Source: Protoeuglena noctilucae (lineage: Eukaryota). Taken from it: a stretch of DNA of 64,000 nt. The notes beneath the pieces are model-generated. The model worked only from the letters and a program-made list of their open reading frames with translations. It did not search any database and was not told the origin of the DNA. Each line of letters opens with the position of its first letter. Within the stretch, counting starts at the first letter, position 1. This document shows, one piece after another, positions 1 to 13,143 of the stretch. A program made the translations under genes and the position numbers. Where the stretch lies: positions 186,001-250,000 of the forward strand of contig OY253674.1 of the NCBI GenBank assembly GCA_958009085.1, in the 5' to 3' direction.

Positions 1-1068
1 TCACCTCCGGCAGCAGGCCTCCTGTGGGCCCCAGGCAAAGCGGTGATTCGCAACATGTGCACCCGACGTGACCTGCGCCACATGAATTCGATCCTCACCC
101 GCAAGCTCGTCGTCGGCAGGGTACGGCACGGGGACTCGGCGCCTCAGTGCGCCATCGGGTCCGCCCTCTGAAGCACCCAGGGGCGCGCTCAGCCTGCGAT
201 GCAAAGCCGGCATACAGTCAGCGTGGCCCTCATAGAGGTGCCGAATCTGCATGACGAGGAACATCTCAGCTCCGCCAATGTGCGCTCTCCCATCTGCGCA
301 CCTGATGTGGCGCCGGCTGTCCATGCGCGGCCGGGCGCCCGCTTAGCTGCTTGGGCTTCCAACTGTAGCGCTCTGCGTCGCGCGGGTGGCGCTGACCTCG
401 TCGGGTATTTCTGGCAGATCTGACGCTCGGTCCACCTCGCGCGCTGCGGGACGCGTGGGCCCCCACATTGCTAGCTTCGAGTCGACGGAGCCGCTGTTGA
501 CCTGCCTGCGCGCGACTGTCAAGTGTGGGCGAAGACCGTTCACAGCTCATCGCCGAGCTCGCTCCCAGACGCGTCTTTTATCACCCCTGTTACCGCACAC
601 GCTTGGCGCGCTCCGTCTCGTCGCTAGCCCGCAAACCCCCGTGGTCGTCGCGAAAACGCGCGCCATGGATCCCCCGGGGGCGGTCCGGGAGCGCGTGGAA
701 TAAGGTGCGTTCGTGTGCAGCGCGTCGCGGCATTCCGTCGCGCAGGTGGTCGAACCCGTGCCACCCAGGGACACAAAAGCCGGCTGCATGAACTGGGCGG
801 CCGGTCTCCCCCCCAATGGCGTCGCCCATGCGCGTTTTCGCTTGGGAAGTTGCTGCGAAAACGGAGCTCGGCTGCGTTCGTGCGCGCTCGGTCCCAGGCG
901 CGCGGGGTGGAACCTGCGACGCATCTGCCCCCGCTCGCGCCGGCGTCCGGCGCCGCGCGCGTCCCCCTGGGGCCGGTCGTGGTTGAGACCGGGCTCGCTT
1001 TGGCGCTTGCGAGCTCCCTCCGCTCTTTCGCCGCCCCACACGACGCATGCTCCGACGCACGCCCGCAG

Positions 1069-4000
1069 ATGGTGGAGGCTGCTGGTGGCCTGGCGCCCAC
1101 GGCGTCCACGCCGGTCTTGCCGGCCGAGATAAGCAGGATCCCGCCACTGCCGCCGCGCGGGGGCGAAGGCAGCACCGCGACGACGGCGGGGGTCGGGCGG
1201 CAAGGAGGGGGCGGGAGGGTGATGGAGGAAAGCGGCAAGGTCGTCGCCGGGGACGCGCGCGACAGCGGCCCGAGCACGTATACGGACGGCGTGAAGGGTC
1301 CCGGCATCAACTCGGCCCCGGCATCGCAGACCGAAGACCACAAACGCTCGCGACGCGTGCGCGTGGCCCCCGAGCCGCCCGCGCCGCTGCGCCGGCGGAG
1401 TTCCAGCATGCGCGCGCGGCGGAACAACGCGGCGGAGCGAAGGGTCCAGAAGTTCCGCGCCAAGCTGGGTGAGCGCGGCGGGCGCGCGCGCCGGGGCTCG
1501 GGTCATTTCGCGCCCACTGCCCATCTCCCACCCCGCTCCGCCCTCGGCGCCCGCAGACGCCTGTCCGGCGTGGGAGCGCTTCCTGGTAACGATTCTCCAG
1601 TCGTGGCCCTACACGCTGCTGGTCTGCGCCGTCGCGGTGCTGCTCTGCGCGACCGACACGGTCGTGGAAGTGCTGGCGGCCGGGGGAGCGGCCGTCTGGC
1701 CCGGGTACGCCCTGGCGGGGGTGCTGTTCGCCGTCACGGTGCTCGACACGACGCTCCATTCCGTCGAGGCGCTGCGGCGGGTGCTGGACTTGGAGGGCAC
1801 GCACGTCGTGCTGATCGGCCTCGACGCCCTCGCGCTCGCCTGCTTCGCGGCCGGGCTCGCCATCACCGGCAAGGTCTTCGTCCCGTTCCTCACGGGCCTC
1901 ACGACGGTGTCCTCGGTGGATTACGCGCGGACGGAGCTTGCGAGAGAGTCGCAGGAGCGGGCGACATCGATGGGCCTGCTGCTCCTTCCCCTCTTCAAGC
2001 TCGTCACCGCTCTGCACCGCAAGACGTCCTGGGAGCGCAGTCTGTACGGCCGGCGCGCGGACGCGACCCGCCCGGCCCGCTCGCTCCGCCGGGTGGTGCT
2101 GTTGCTGGGATGCGTCACCGTGGTGCTCTTCGTGGCGCTCGCCCAGATCCAGCTGTCCGCCGGGCAGATGTGGCACGTGAATCCGACTCAGGTGGACATG
2201 AGCCCGCCGATCTTGGTGAACGTGGTGGCGCACGGGGGGGTCGGGGACGGGGCGTCGGCGGAGGCGGCGATCGAGGAGACGAACGAGGTGAGGGGGTTGT
2301 GGGGTGTGGGGTATGGTGGTGATCATGATGGTGTAATGCAGTAATTGACACCTTGCTATCTCATTCAATTCCTACCCCCCCCCCCACCCCTTCCCACTCC
2401 GCAGCTGAGCCGCTGCGCCAAGGCGCTGTGGGTGGAGCGCGACGGGGCGGTCGTAGCCGGCACGCCCGGCTCATCTGGCGTCGACCTGATCGTCTGGTCG
2501 GACGATAACACCACGCGCGGCTTCTTCTCCCTCACCTGCACGCTTCCCGTCGCCAAGGCCGCTTTGCTCGCCAAGATGGCGGTGGTGGCGGCCGAGATCA
2601 TCGCGCTTGTGCTACTGCACATCCTGGGCCACTCCCAGGTTGTGAGGCCGCTCGTGAGGTTGCTGAGTCAGGTGTTGTGGATGGCGTCGCACCTGGACGA
2701 GTCGGGAATGCTGCTGGATAAAGACGCATACGCGGGGGACTTCACGGCCGAGGGGGCGGTCGACCGGGTGGTCAAGTCCAGTGAGTGGTGGTGGTGAATG
2801 AGTTGTATTATTTAAGAATGATTGGGAGTGGAGTGCATAGCAATGGTGACCACAGAGGGGGCGGTGGACCCGGTGGTCAAGTCAAGCTGCCCGGCTGAAT
2901 GTCACAATGCTCATTCATTCAAATTAACCAACAAACCCCCTCTCTCCTCCTCCTCACCCCGCAGTCAAGCTCCTCTTGAAAGCGTCGTTCCGCGGCGGCA
3001 ACGTGATGCGGCGGATGCTGGCGCAAGCGAAAGAGGACGGGGGAGAGCACGATGCAGGGCTGATGGAGATATACGGGGTCGCTCCTAAGAAGATCACCGC
3101 AGCTACGGATAACTGGGCGGCGAAGAGGGAGACCAAGCACGGGACGGGCAGCCAGACCGAGTGAGTGGGGGGTTGGGGTGGGGGGGGTGGGGTCGTATAG
3201 TATGGTGGGGGTTGTGGGGTATTGGGGCATGCAGGGGTGTTAACCACCCTGTCACGTAACGATCCAATTACGTAGTACTAACCTCTTTGGAACTGTCACC
3301 CCATTAACACCAACTCACTCACCCCCACCCCATTCCCCCTCCAGGGCCGCCTGGGACGCGCTCTTCCGGCGCCCCTCCCGCCGCGAGACGGCGCGCGACC
3401 CCCTGCAGCCCGTGCAGAGCATGGCGCTGCACCAGAATTTGAAAATGTCGGCCACGTCGTCAGCGGGGGGGGACCGGGAGAGGCGGGGGGTGCGGTCGCG
3501 GCGGCCCCCGGAGCCGCCCATGGAGGAGGGGAGGATGAGGTGAGGGATTTGAATGTGGGGGGTGAGATTTGAATGGGGTGAGATTGGTGAGATGAGGTGG
3601 GAGCTGGGCACTGCTACCGCTTACCCCCACTCACCCCCCTCCCCCACACACACCCCCAACTCACCCCACTCACCACCCCTCACACCACCCCCACTCACCC
3701 CCCCTCCCCCCTTAACCCCCGCAGCGCCCCCCGCGTCTCCGCGGGCCCCGTTTTGGTCGACGCGGGCGTGAGCAGCCAGCACTCGCATTTAGAAAACGAC
3801 GCGTCCGAAAGCGCGGAGGTCGACGCATGGCGACAAGCACTCACCCACCTCGGCACCCCCAACTGGGACGTATGGGGCGTTCGAAAGGACTTGCTACCGT
3901 CTATGGTGATGGAGATGTTCCGATCACTGGGGCTGGTCGATGCGGCAGGGCCGATGGTGTCGGTAGTGAGGGGAACGTCAGTGGGGAGTAGCAGGCGGAT

Positions 4001-7000
4001 GGCGGGGACTGCGGCGGGGGGAGCTGAGGGGGAATCGGGGGCTGGGACGCCGGTGGGTGGGGCGGCGGGGGCGGGGACGAGGTTCGCGAGGCCTAGGAAT
4101 CACTCCAGCGGGGCGCCGGCCAGGGTGAGGGGGATCATTGGGTGGGGTGGGGTGAGAGTGGTGGTGGGGTGAGGGGTAGCGAGATGGGGTGATGTGGGGG
4201 GGTGGTAGTGGGAGTGGTAAGTGGGGCGCCGGCCAGGGTGAGGGGGGTGGTTTGGGGGGGTGAGGGGGGTGGTGATTGGGTGGGCTAGTGGGGGTGGTAG
4301 TGACAGGCGGGGCGCCGGCTAGGGTGTGGGGAGGGGGGGGGGGGGTTGTGGGGTAGTGGGGGGAGGGGAGGGTGGGGTGGTGGCGAGGGTGAGGGTGGTG
4401 AGGGTGGCAGTGAGGGTGGCAGTGGGGTTGAAGGGTGTTAGTGTGGGCATGTCCAACCTTGGCGACTCACCGTGACTTACCATCACTCAATCCTCTCATC
4501 TCACCTTTTCTCATCTCACCTTCTCCCCCACTCTCAGGGCATGTCCAACCTGGGCGACTCCAAGACCCCTCGTCGCATGTCAGGCCACCCTTCTGTCAAC
4601 TTCGTGCATGCGGGGACGCTCATGTCCTTTCTGAACGAGGTGCAGAGGAGGTACTTGGATAACCCGTACCACAGGTGAGGGTGGGAGTGATGATAGGGGT
4701 GGGAGTGGGGGTGGTCATAGGTGTGAGGTTGAGGGTGGCAGTGGGGAAGTGGGGTGGGGGTGGTCGTGGGGTTGGTGAGCAGCACTCTCGTGTGCGTCTG
4801 CCCTGCAATCGTGCTTAGCAGATGGGAGCACGCGGTGGACGTGACCCACACGACCACGCATATGTAATAACACCACCAGTATCCCATGTATTATCAATAC
4901 TTATAACTGCTCTTCCCCCCCAGGTGGGAGCACGCGGTGGACGTCACGCACACCACCTTCATGATGCTCAAGACCTGCCGCTCCTTTCGCAAGCACTATT
5001 TGACCAAGCGCGACATCTTCTGCCTCATGGTGGCGGCCGTGGCGCACGACATGGGGCATCGCGGGGTGAGTGGAGTGGGGTGTTTAAATGGGGATATGAT
5101 GGTTGTGTGTGGGGCATGGTGCGACGCTCACTCCCACCCCCCATGCCACCCTCACTCCCACCCCCACTGCCACCCCCCATGCCACCCTCACCCCCACCCC
5201 CACTGCCACCCCCCATGCCACCCTCACCCCCACCCCCACTGCCACCCCCCATGCCACCCTCACCCCCACCCCCACTGCCACCCCCCATGCCACCCTCACC
5301 CCCACCCCCACTGCCACCCCCCATGCCACCCTCACCCCCACCCCCACTGCCACCCCCCATGCCACCCTCACCCCCACCCCCACTGCCACCCCCCATGCCA
5401 CCCTCACCCCCACCCCCACTACCACCCCCACTCCCGCCCCCCCCCCCCCCCCCAGGTCAGCAACGCGCACCTGGTCAAGACGGGCGACATCCTGGCGATG
5501 ACCTACAACGACCAGTCCCCCCAAGAGCACATGCACGTCTCTGCCCTGTTCCAGTTGTGTCAGAAAGTGCCGGGGGCCAACATATTCGAGAATTTCCCCA
5601 AGGCGGACTTCGAGGAGTGCAGGAGGCTCATCATCGAGGTGAATCACCCTTTTTCTTCAGCTGCCCTTACTGCCACCCCCATCATCAAACTCTCATTGCC
5701 ACCTCCACCACCACCCTCACTGCCACCCCCACTGCCACCCCCACCCCCACCCATGTTACCACCCCCACTGCCACCCTTACCATACCATCTCACTTATCGA
5801 TCACCATCTACCCCTCCCAATACAGTTGATCCTCGACACGGACATGGCGTGCCACTTCAAGCGCGTGGCTGAGTTGGAGGCGCTGCTCGCCAAGGCAGCC
5901 GCCAAGGAGGGCGTGCTGGTGGACAGCGACAGCGATAGCGACAGCGACGGGCCGTTCGGGCTGGAATCCATGGTGAGGGGTGGTACCGGTAGGAGTGATA
6001 TAGTTATGGTAATAGCAATGGTGACGCGCTCACCCACTCAACCACTCACTCACCTCCACTCAACCCCCCTTCCCCCGGCCGCCCCACTACTCACTCCGCC
6101 CCACCCACTCACCATCACTCCCTATCACTCTAATCAATCGCAATCATCTCCCCTCCAACCGCAGACCGACCACGCCCTCTCCCCCGGCCGCCCCACCCCC
6201 CGCTACGACCCATCCGACGTGCGGCAGATCATGCTCGCCATGCTGCACGCCGCCGACCTGGGCAACAGCGTGAAGCCCGTCCACTTGCACGCGCGGTGGT
6301 CGGTGCACGTGATTGAGGAGTTTTTTCAGGAGGCGGGGCTGCAGAAGGAGCTGGGTATGACGTCTTTGGCGTTCATGGACCCGGCGCAGTGCTACGTGCC
6401 GGTGACACAGGTGAGTTGGGTGATAAGGGGTGGTGGTTGAGGATGGGTGGTGGTGATGGGGGGTGTGGTGCAACGTGCCGGTCACGCAGGGGGGGGGGTG
6501 ATTGTGTGGTGATGGGTAATGGGTGGTGGTGATAAGGGTGATAGGGGTGGGGTGCAACGTGCAGGTCACGCAGGTGAGGGGGGGGGGTGATGGGTGGGGT
6601 TGATAGGGGTGGTGATGGGTGGACTATGATAAGGTGTGATCGATACTAAGTGTCACTACTAATCAACTTATCACACCATCCATCCGTCTCATCCAACCCG
6701 CAGCTCGACTTCCTCGACTTTGTGGCCCGCCCGCTCTTCTCGGTCATCAGTCGCCTGCTGCCCGAGGTGGACTACATGCTGGGCGCGCTGGCCAAAAACT
6801 ACGCCTTCTGGTGCTCCGTGCTCGCCGAAGACCAGTTTTCCAAGTGAGTTATGTGTATATATAGATATGGATGGGTTTCGTGATGGTAATGATTGATGGT
6901 CGACTGTTGATCAATGGTCGATGGGTTGATAAGTGGGGTGACATGCAGAGGACCAGTTCTCCAAGTGAGTCATTTATATGTGGATGGGTTGGTGGTAATG

Positions 7001-7880
7001 TTACTAAGTAGATGGTGATTGATGGTGGATGGATGGGGTGAGTGGGTGATCGGCTGCCTCCTCACCCTGACCTCCTCACCCTCACCCTCCCCTCCCTCAC
7101 CCTCACCTCCTCGCCTCACCTCTCTCTCCCCAACTGCATCACCCCCTCCCCCTCTCCCTCTCCCTCTCCCTCACCACCCCTCCTCACCTCACCTCTCCCT
7201 CCCCCCCCCCATTACCACCCCCCACTACTCACCTCTCACCACCCCCTCATCAACCCCTCACCTCCCCCTCACCTCCCCCTCCCCCTCCCCCATCCCCCCC
7301 CTAGGAACGCCTCCGGCCTCGTCTCCCACCCCTCGGCCACCCTCGTGCAGCGCCGTACCGCCAACAGCTCCGAGTTTAACATGGACGGCGCCAGAGCCAG
7401 ACAGGCAGCGTTCTCAGGCGCCCTGCGCCACGGCAACACCGGGCTGGGTGGTATGGGTGGTGGTGGTGGTGGTGGTGGTGCGGGTGCGGGTGGGGGTGGT
7501 GCGACGGCGTTGGTTATGCCGGAGGCTTATGCAGACAATGAAGATCAGCTGCGGGTGCTGTCGGCGGCCATTCCGCAGCTGCGGGCGATGGGGAGGGGGA
7601 TCACGGGTGAGGGGGGTGGGGGAGATGGTGGTGCGTGGTGCTGTGGCGGCGGTTACTTGGGGATGGACGGGAGAGGGGGGGGGTGCGTAGCTGTTAATTG
7701 TTGTATCATCGAATAGATAGATAAGAGAGGGTGGTGTAATGTGCTTGTGATGTGCAGCTCCATGCCCAGTCATGATGGTGGCATGACACGTCTGTCTGAC
7801 ACGCCTTTCCCGCAGACGCTGCCCTGGCGCTGGTCCCATCCGAAAAGAAGAAGGCGTTCGCGGCGAAGCTGGGGCTGTGA
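1069..7880 (+). CDS. Class I cyclic-nucleotide phosphodiesterase with N-terminal multi-pass membrane domain (about 12 exons; start uncertain)
   Basis: Spliced translation gives the PDEase motifs [65 protein letters not shown] and VTQ/LDFLDF. In-frame GT-AG exons: 1069-1468, 1557-2287, 2405-2780, 2965-3160, 3345-3539, 3725-4124, 4538-4673, 4924-5065, 5456-5638, 5826-5972, 6165-6410, 6704-6843, 7305-7606, 7816-7880. Exons 2-3 contain hydrophobic segments. Confidence 0.88.
5128..5450. repeat. Intronic 36-bp C-rich tandem repeat (CCCCACCCCCACTGCCACCCCCCATGCCACCCTCAC), about 8 copies
   Basis: Directly visible. It lies within PDE intron 5066-5455 and produces the spurious 12-aa periodic ORFs in the track. 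Confidence 0.95.
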
Positions 7881-9481
7881 CGGATGACGAGTGTGACGAA
7901 TATCCGTGATAACGGGTTGAGAATGAGTGAGAGTGACCCTGTGGACGAGGAGCGGGGGGCAGCGAGGGACGAGGGCGGTGTGCGACGCATGACGCAGCAG
8001 TCGGCACGGCGCAGGCACGCGGCCGCGAGTGCCGAGCACCGGCACTGCGCGGCTGCGTGCGCCGATCCGATCGCCGTCGCCATTCGCCATTTCACCGCCA
8101 CGCCACCCGACACCCTAGCAGCTCGGGTCGCGCCATCGCCCCGCTTCTCCCGTCCGCCCCGTCCGCCCCGTTCACTGTTCCCGCCACGCCACGCCACGTC
8201 AGCTGCCCGGCCTGACCAGCCGCGAGCCCCGGCTCCCCGCCTCGTTGTCTGCTTTGTCGCAGCCAATGCGCACGCTCTCAGATAGCAGCTACACCCTCGC
8301 TCGCACCAAGCTGCTACGCCCAAGCTGCTTCACCGGCCACCCCACGGCACCTCGGCTGGTCCACCGCGCCCGCTCCCTTGTTGCTCACCGCGCGGACGCC
8401 CGCCGCGCATTGCCACGTTTCTGACACCCCATAACTGACAAGACTCGCACCCAAGCGCACCCCCTCTTGGTCCGCGATTTCCCTGCAAGCTTCCCCGCGC
8501 CTCTGTGCCCCCCCCCCCCCCCCCCCCCTCGCGTTGCTCGCGCCCCCGCAATCGCCTGCATTGGCCCTGCTCCGGCCGCCACCCCGGCGCGCCAGTTTCA
8601 GGCAGCGGCACTGGCACTTGCGTCAGGCGCACTCCCCGTGCCTCCCGAGACTCCCAGGCTAGCGCAGCTCGTTTCCTTTCCGCCTCTTTTGTGCAAAGCG
8701 GTGCTGCGGTGTCGCGGGAGGGCCCCTAAGCGACCGCCCCGCCCCGCCCACCCCCTTGCTCCCGCTCCCCTCACCCACCCGCACGCGACGCTGGTTGGTG
8801 TTACGCACCGGCAAAGCACCCCCGCGCCCGGCCACAGCGGATGCGGGTGCGGGGGCGCATGCCGCTGCACGCAGCCGCTGGCGTGCCCCCCTGTACGGGC
8901 GCAGTGTGCATGGATCGATACCCATGCCGGCCCCCTTCTGTCTTGCTAGCGCATCGCGCCATGCTCTTGCTTTGTATCTTTGGCTCCCCGCCTTCACCAC
9001 CACCCGCACCCGGTCTGTCGTTCAACAAATGACAGAGCAGATGCACCGGGTGCGATGGCCGGGCGTTAGTCGCGCCGTTTGCGCTTCCTGCGATGTTCGT
9101 GTTCCCGCTTCGCTTCACCCGCGCAGAGAGCGCTGACCCCCGACTAGCCAATCGGTTGTCGATCGGTTAGCGCCCTTGGGGGGGGGGGGGGGAGAGTGGG
9201 CTGCATAAATGTGCTCCCGCCCTCTCTGTGGTTGCGCTGCTACGAAACGTGCTCCCCGATTGAAGCCTTGGAATGCGAATGGGCACAGATGGAAGCAAAC
9301 AAGCGGATAGGCAAGGGGAGAGGAAGAGCAATTGCGTGAACAGCGCTGCGATGCTATCTGCAAGCACGCATGGTCTTTCGCCCCAGCCGTAGACAGGCAA
9401 ATCACCCATCACTGACAGCGTTGCAAGACACATCAGTCATTAGAAGCACCACCGCCATGAATACCAGAGTGCCTATCGGCG

Positions 9482-11768
9482 TCACGCTGCCATTTGCATG
9501 GCTCGCTCCATCGCCTGCCGTCCCACGTTGCCCCCGCACACCACCACCACCGCCGCATCCCCTTGCATGGTCCCCGCGTCTGCCGCTTGCAACGCCGCGG
9601 CCAGTGCCACCCCCGCCGCTCCCTCCACCAACTGTGCGAGAAGGTGACGGGGATGACAGTCACTAGTGACCAGTGACCAGTGATGGTGAGGGTGAAGATA
9701 TGAAGATGAGGATGCAGGGTGTTATTATCGATTCGAGCAGTCACGCTGGCCTTGTATCCCCAGTAAAGTGGCTACTATGCCTCAGCTCCACCAACACTGT
9801 GCTACCATCCCCACCCCATGCTCGCCTTGCCATCGTGATTGAGCGCCCCCATCATCGCTCTCGCAATGTCCTCTTCCTTTACCGCCACCCATTCGTCCAC
9901 CAACCCACACACCTCCACCGTCAGACTCCCCGACTCCACGCCCCCCGCTGTGCCGTCGCTCAGCGTTGCCTGCAGGCATGAGACATGATATAATCGAGGA
10001 AAGCAAAGAAGGTTAATACAACAACGTTTCATCTGCTTTATACTACTACGTCCCAAATCCCGCTTTCCCACACTGAGTGCTCTTGCATCAGCCATCTGTT
10101 GTGGTAGTTTACCACAACCCACCACACTGTCCCACTCTTCACTAACCCCTCACCGAATACTCTCGCAGCGGCGCCTCGCCCCTCACAGCTCGCTGCATCG
10201 CGTCGCTGGCCGCCGGCTCGCACCCCACCAGCCGCACCCGCGCGCCGCCCCGCCCGACAGCGCCTCGCAACACCGACGCTACCCCTGACATGAGGCCGCC
10301 GCCCCCCACGGGAACGAACTGCGGGGGAGGGCGAAGAGCGGGGGGTGGAGACCGGGGATTACACCGCAAATGGCGGCGGAGGGTGGTGGAGCAGCTCTTG
10401 GTAGTATCGACGTTTGCTTGCTCGGACACCATCGGTGGCGAGCTGCTACGAAGGGAACGTGCCGTGAGGGAACCACGTGACACCATGCGCTCACGTGCTC
10501 TAACCAAGTGCATTGCGTCAGCATACCGTGCCAACCGCGACGCTCCTCACCACGTCCAACGTCATCGCTTCCAATGCGGCCAGCAATTCAATCGCCACCG
10601 TGCCTTGGCCGCCCGCCACTGGGAAAGGCGGAGAAGTGGGGTGGGTTGCTAATCATGGGGTGCAGGTGCAGTGGGGTGCATGGCGCACACTGTGCATTAG
10701 AGCTGCACGCGCTGCCCCAATCTGCCAACCCTGCCGCGCTCACCTAGCGAGTCGTTGTATGGGCTCACATACGCCGCTTGTGACTCATCCGCATGCTCCC
10801 TCGCCCTCTCTTCAGCCTCCAGCGATGTCGCCCCTGCCACCACCAGGCGAGCCCCACGGGACCTCAGGCGCTCGGCCTTCGACGCCGATACGGTTTCTGG
10901 CACTGCGGGGTGAGGAGAGAGGAGAGGAGTCAGGGCATTTTATAAGCAAGGGACATGTCGCTGTCGTGTCAGGTGGCTGGTGCCAAATAATTTACTTTTA
11001 ATCCATCATTTGTCGGTAATTCTAATTTTATCCATTATCCTTATGATCCTGGTACTGTCTCTGATCCTAAATAATTCCCAGTCATGGGTAGTGCACCCCA
11101 CCAGTGAGGGGTGCATGGGTTTGTTACATGGGAAAGGAGAGCGGTGAGGTGTGCCTGGAATGCCTTAGCCTATGTTATGATATGGAGATACCACCAACTG
11201 TGATGAGTAAGTGTATGTGGGGCCAATTGTCTCACCGAAAATGATGGGGGCGGGTGCGCCCGGGCAGGCCGCGCATGCGTGCAGGACAGCCAACGCGTGG
11301 TTGCCCGTGGATGCAGTCACGATGGCAGGGGCGGCTCCGGGACTCGAGCACAGCGTCTGGATCTTATGCGCCGCTCCTCTGCGGGGGAGTTATTTGAAGC
11401 GAAGCTTTGGTTAGGCGGTTGCAGCTATGGTGCAGCTCCACACTGTGACAGCAGGGCAGATTGCAGCAAATTTCTCATGGGAGCTATGCAATCGATCTCC
11501 ACCTTGCTTTGAAGGAGCCCGTGATCTGCTCCGACTCGAGTTTGAGGTAGACGGGCCGCCCCGCGCGCTCGGTGAGCCATCGCGAAAGCAGCAGCGGCGT
11601 GGGGACGTATCCCTCGCCGCTGCAACGCAGCGCGGACCACGCCTCGCTCGCGACACGCTCCGCCCAGCCTTCGCCACCGCGAATGACGCTCCAGCCGTTC
11701 AAAGCGACCAGGCTGCGCCAATGCGCCAGGTCCCGGGACGCCGGCAGGGTGTAGGGGACCGGGCGCAT
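9482..11768 (-). CDS. PLP-dependent serine/threonine dehydratase or serine racemase-like enzyme (PALP, fold type II), no regulatory domain
   Basis: Spliced motifs: TPLLLSRWL..VYLKLESEQITGSFKARGA (PLP lysine), VTASTGNHALA, YVSPYND, GGQGTVAIEL, FVPVGGGGLMSG, TLSDGTAGGVE, LVEGAAGVALAA, VVCGGNV. Stop at 9482-9484. Start codon uncertain. Confidence 0.88.
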
Positions 11769-11946
11769 GCGGAATGGATGCCGTAACGATATCAGCGAGT
11801 CACAAAGAGTCTGAAGATGGCTGGCATGGGGAGATGAGAATGCGAGGACGAATGAAGAAGAAAAATAAGCAGTGTCAGGCGTGGTTCTCCCCCGCGACCG
11901 ATGCCCGACATCCAGTCGCAGTCACTGGCTGCGCTCCTCACATTCA

Positions 11947-13143
11947 ATGGATCGCGCGCCTCTCTGGCTCCGTTCGCCTCGCGCCCTCGCCATCCAGCAG
12001 ACCCTCCAGCCTTGCGTGCATCTGCCACACCAGCCGCGGACAGCGTCGTCGTCGCCGCGCCCGATTCGGCCAATGTCTGCGCGGTGTGCCATGCTGGCGT
12101 CGCCCTCGGCGCCCGCGACGGTTGCGTGGCCCTGCAACCGCGGCAGATCTTCGTCGCTGCTGCTTTTCCGGACGAGGAGGTTTTCGAGGACCCTGGCGAC
12201 CGCCGCGGCCGAGACCGTCACAAAGAACCCCAGCCAGGACTCCGGCGGGCCCGATGGCGACCCGGGGCTCACGGGCGGGGGCCCCAAGCGTCGGGCGCGG
12301 CTATCTGCCTCGCGGGAGGCCACGATGCCGATTGTGGAGAGGGAGAAACCGCTGCAGGAGTACATGAGCCTACCTGCGTCTCAATACAGCGTCCTGGATG
12401 CGCGCAAGATCGAGAGGGTCGACGATACGACTTTCGTGGCGAGTGGCATTGGCTTCGCGGCTGCCGCGCGCTTGTAGCCCGCGGAGCGCGGTGCCGAGCT
12501 GCAGATGGCACGTGTACTCTATCGCGACTCCGTTGCTATTGGTTTGAGCTGCAAATCAATCCCCCCGCCGCAGTGTTACGTGGGCGAGCTGCGCTTCTTC
12601 AACTTCCGCGTCGAGCCCGTCCTGACCGTCTCCGTGGAAACGAAGGATCGAGGCTGCGTCATTCGGCTGCTCTCTTGCAAGCTCCAGGGTTCCAGGTGCG
12701 GGGGCGCGGCTGAGAGGCAGCCGGCTTGTTGCGAGCGCCACGTTCTGCAAAAGCGATGATGATGCAGCGCCCAGGGGCTGGTCCATTGCCTGCGATACCC
12801 GCCTATCCGACTGCTGTCGCGCAGGGTCGTCGAGTCGCAGAATGAGAAGTTCTCTGCGACGATGGAGAACGACGTCACGTGGCGAGCGCTGGATGCGCCT
12901 GAAAGCGGATCGGCGCCGTCGCCGGGGAAGGAGATCGTGAGCCGCACGACGGTCACGGTGGACCTGGTTGTGCCGGGGTGGTTCGCGGTGCCCGTGCCTG
13001 CGATCGAGCGGACGGGAAGCGCTGTGATGCAGTCGGTCGTGAACCGCATGGTCCCGCGGTTCCTAGCTCAGCTGGAGCGCGACTACGCTTTGTGGGCATC
13101 AGGAGACACCAGCCGGCGTCCCCTCAGCGACGGAGGGCTTTAA
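11947..13143 (+). CDS. DUF1997 family protein, probably plastid-targeted (3 exons)
   Basis: Ser/Arg/Ala-rich N-terminus, then PLQEYMSLPASQYSVLDARKIERVDDTTFV/CYVGELRFFNFRVEPVL and C-terminal VPRFLAQLERDYALWASGDTSR. Introns 12439-12573 (GC-AG) and 12696-12824. Confidence 0.8.

Noticed and set aside
1..470. Possible 5' part of a minus-strand gene running off the window edge
   Set aside because: Splice-like signals exist, but there is no recognisable motif and not enough sequence to support a call.
1557..2780. Rhodopsin-PDE
   Set aside because: No recognisable helix-7 retinal-binding DxxxK motif or 7-8 TM opsin pattern.
5128..5450. 36-bp repeat as a CRISPR array
   Set aside because: Head-to-tail copies with no spacers, in a eukaryotic intron, and no cas genes.
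4822..5872. Long Pro-, His- or Gly-rich ORFs (extensin-like)
   Set aside because: They are translations of the intronic 36-bp repeat. The flanking PDE exons splice cleanly around it.
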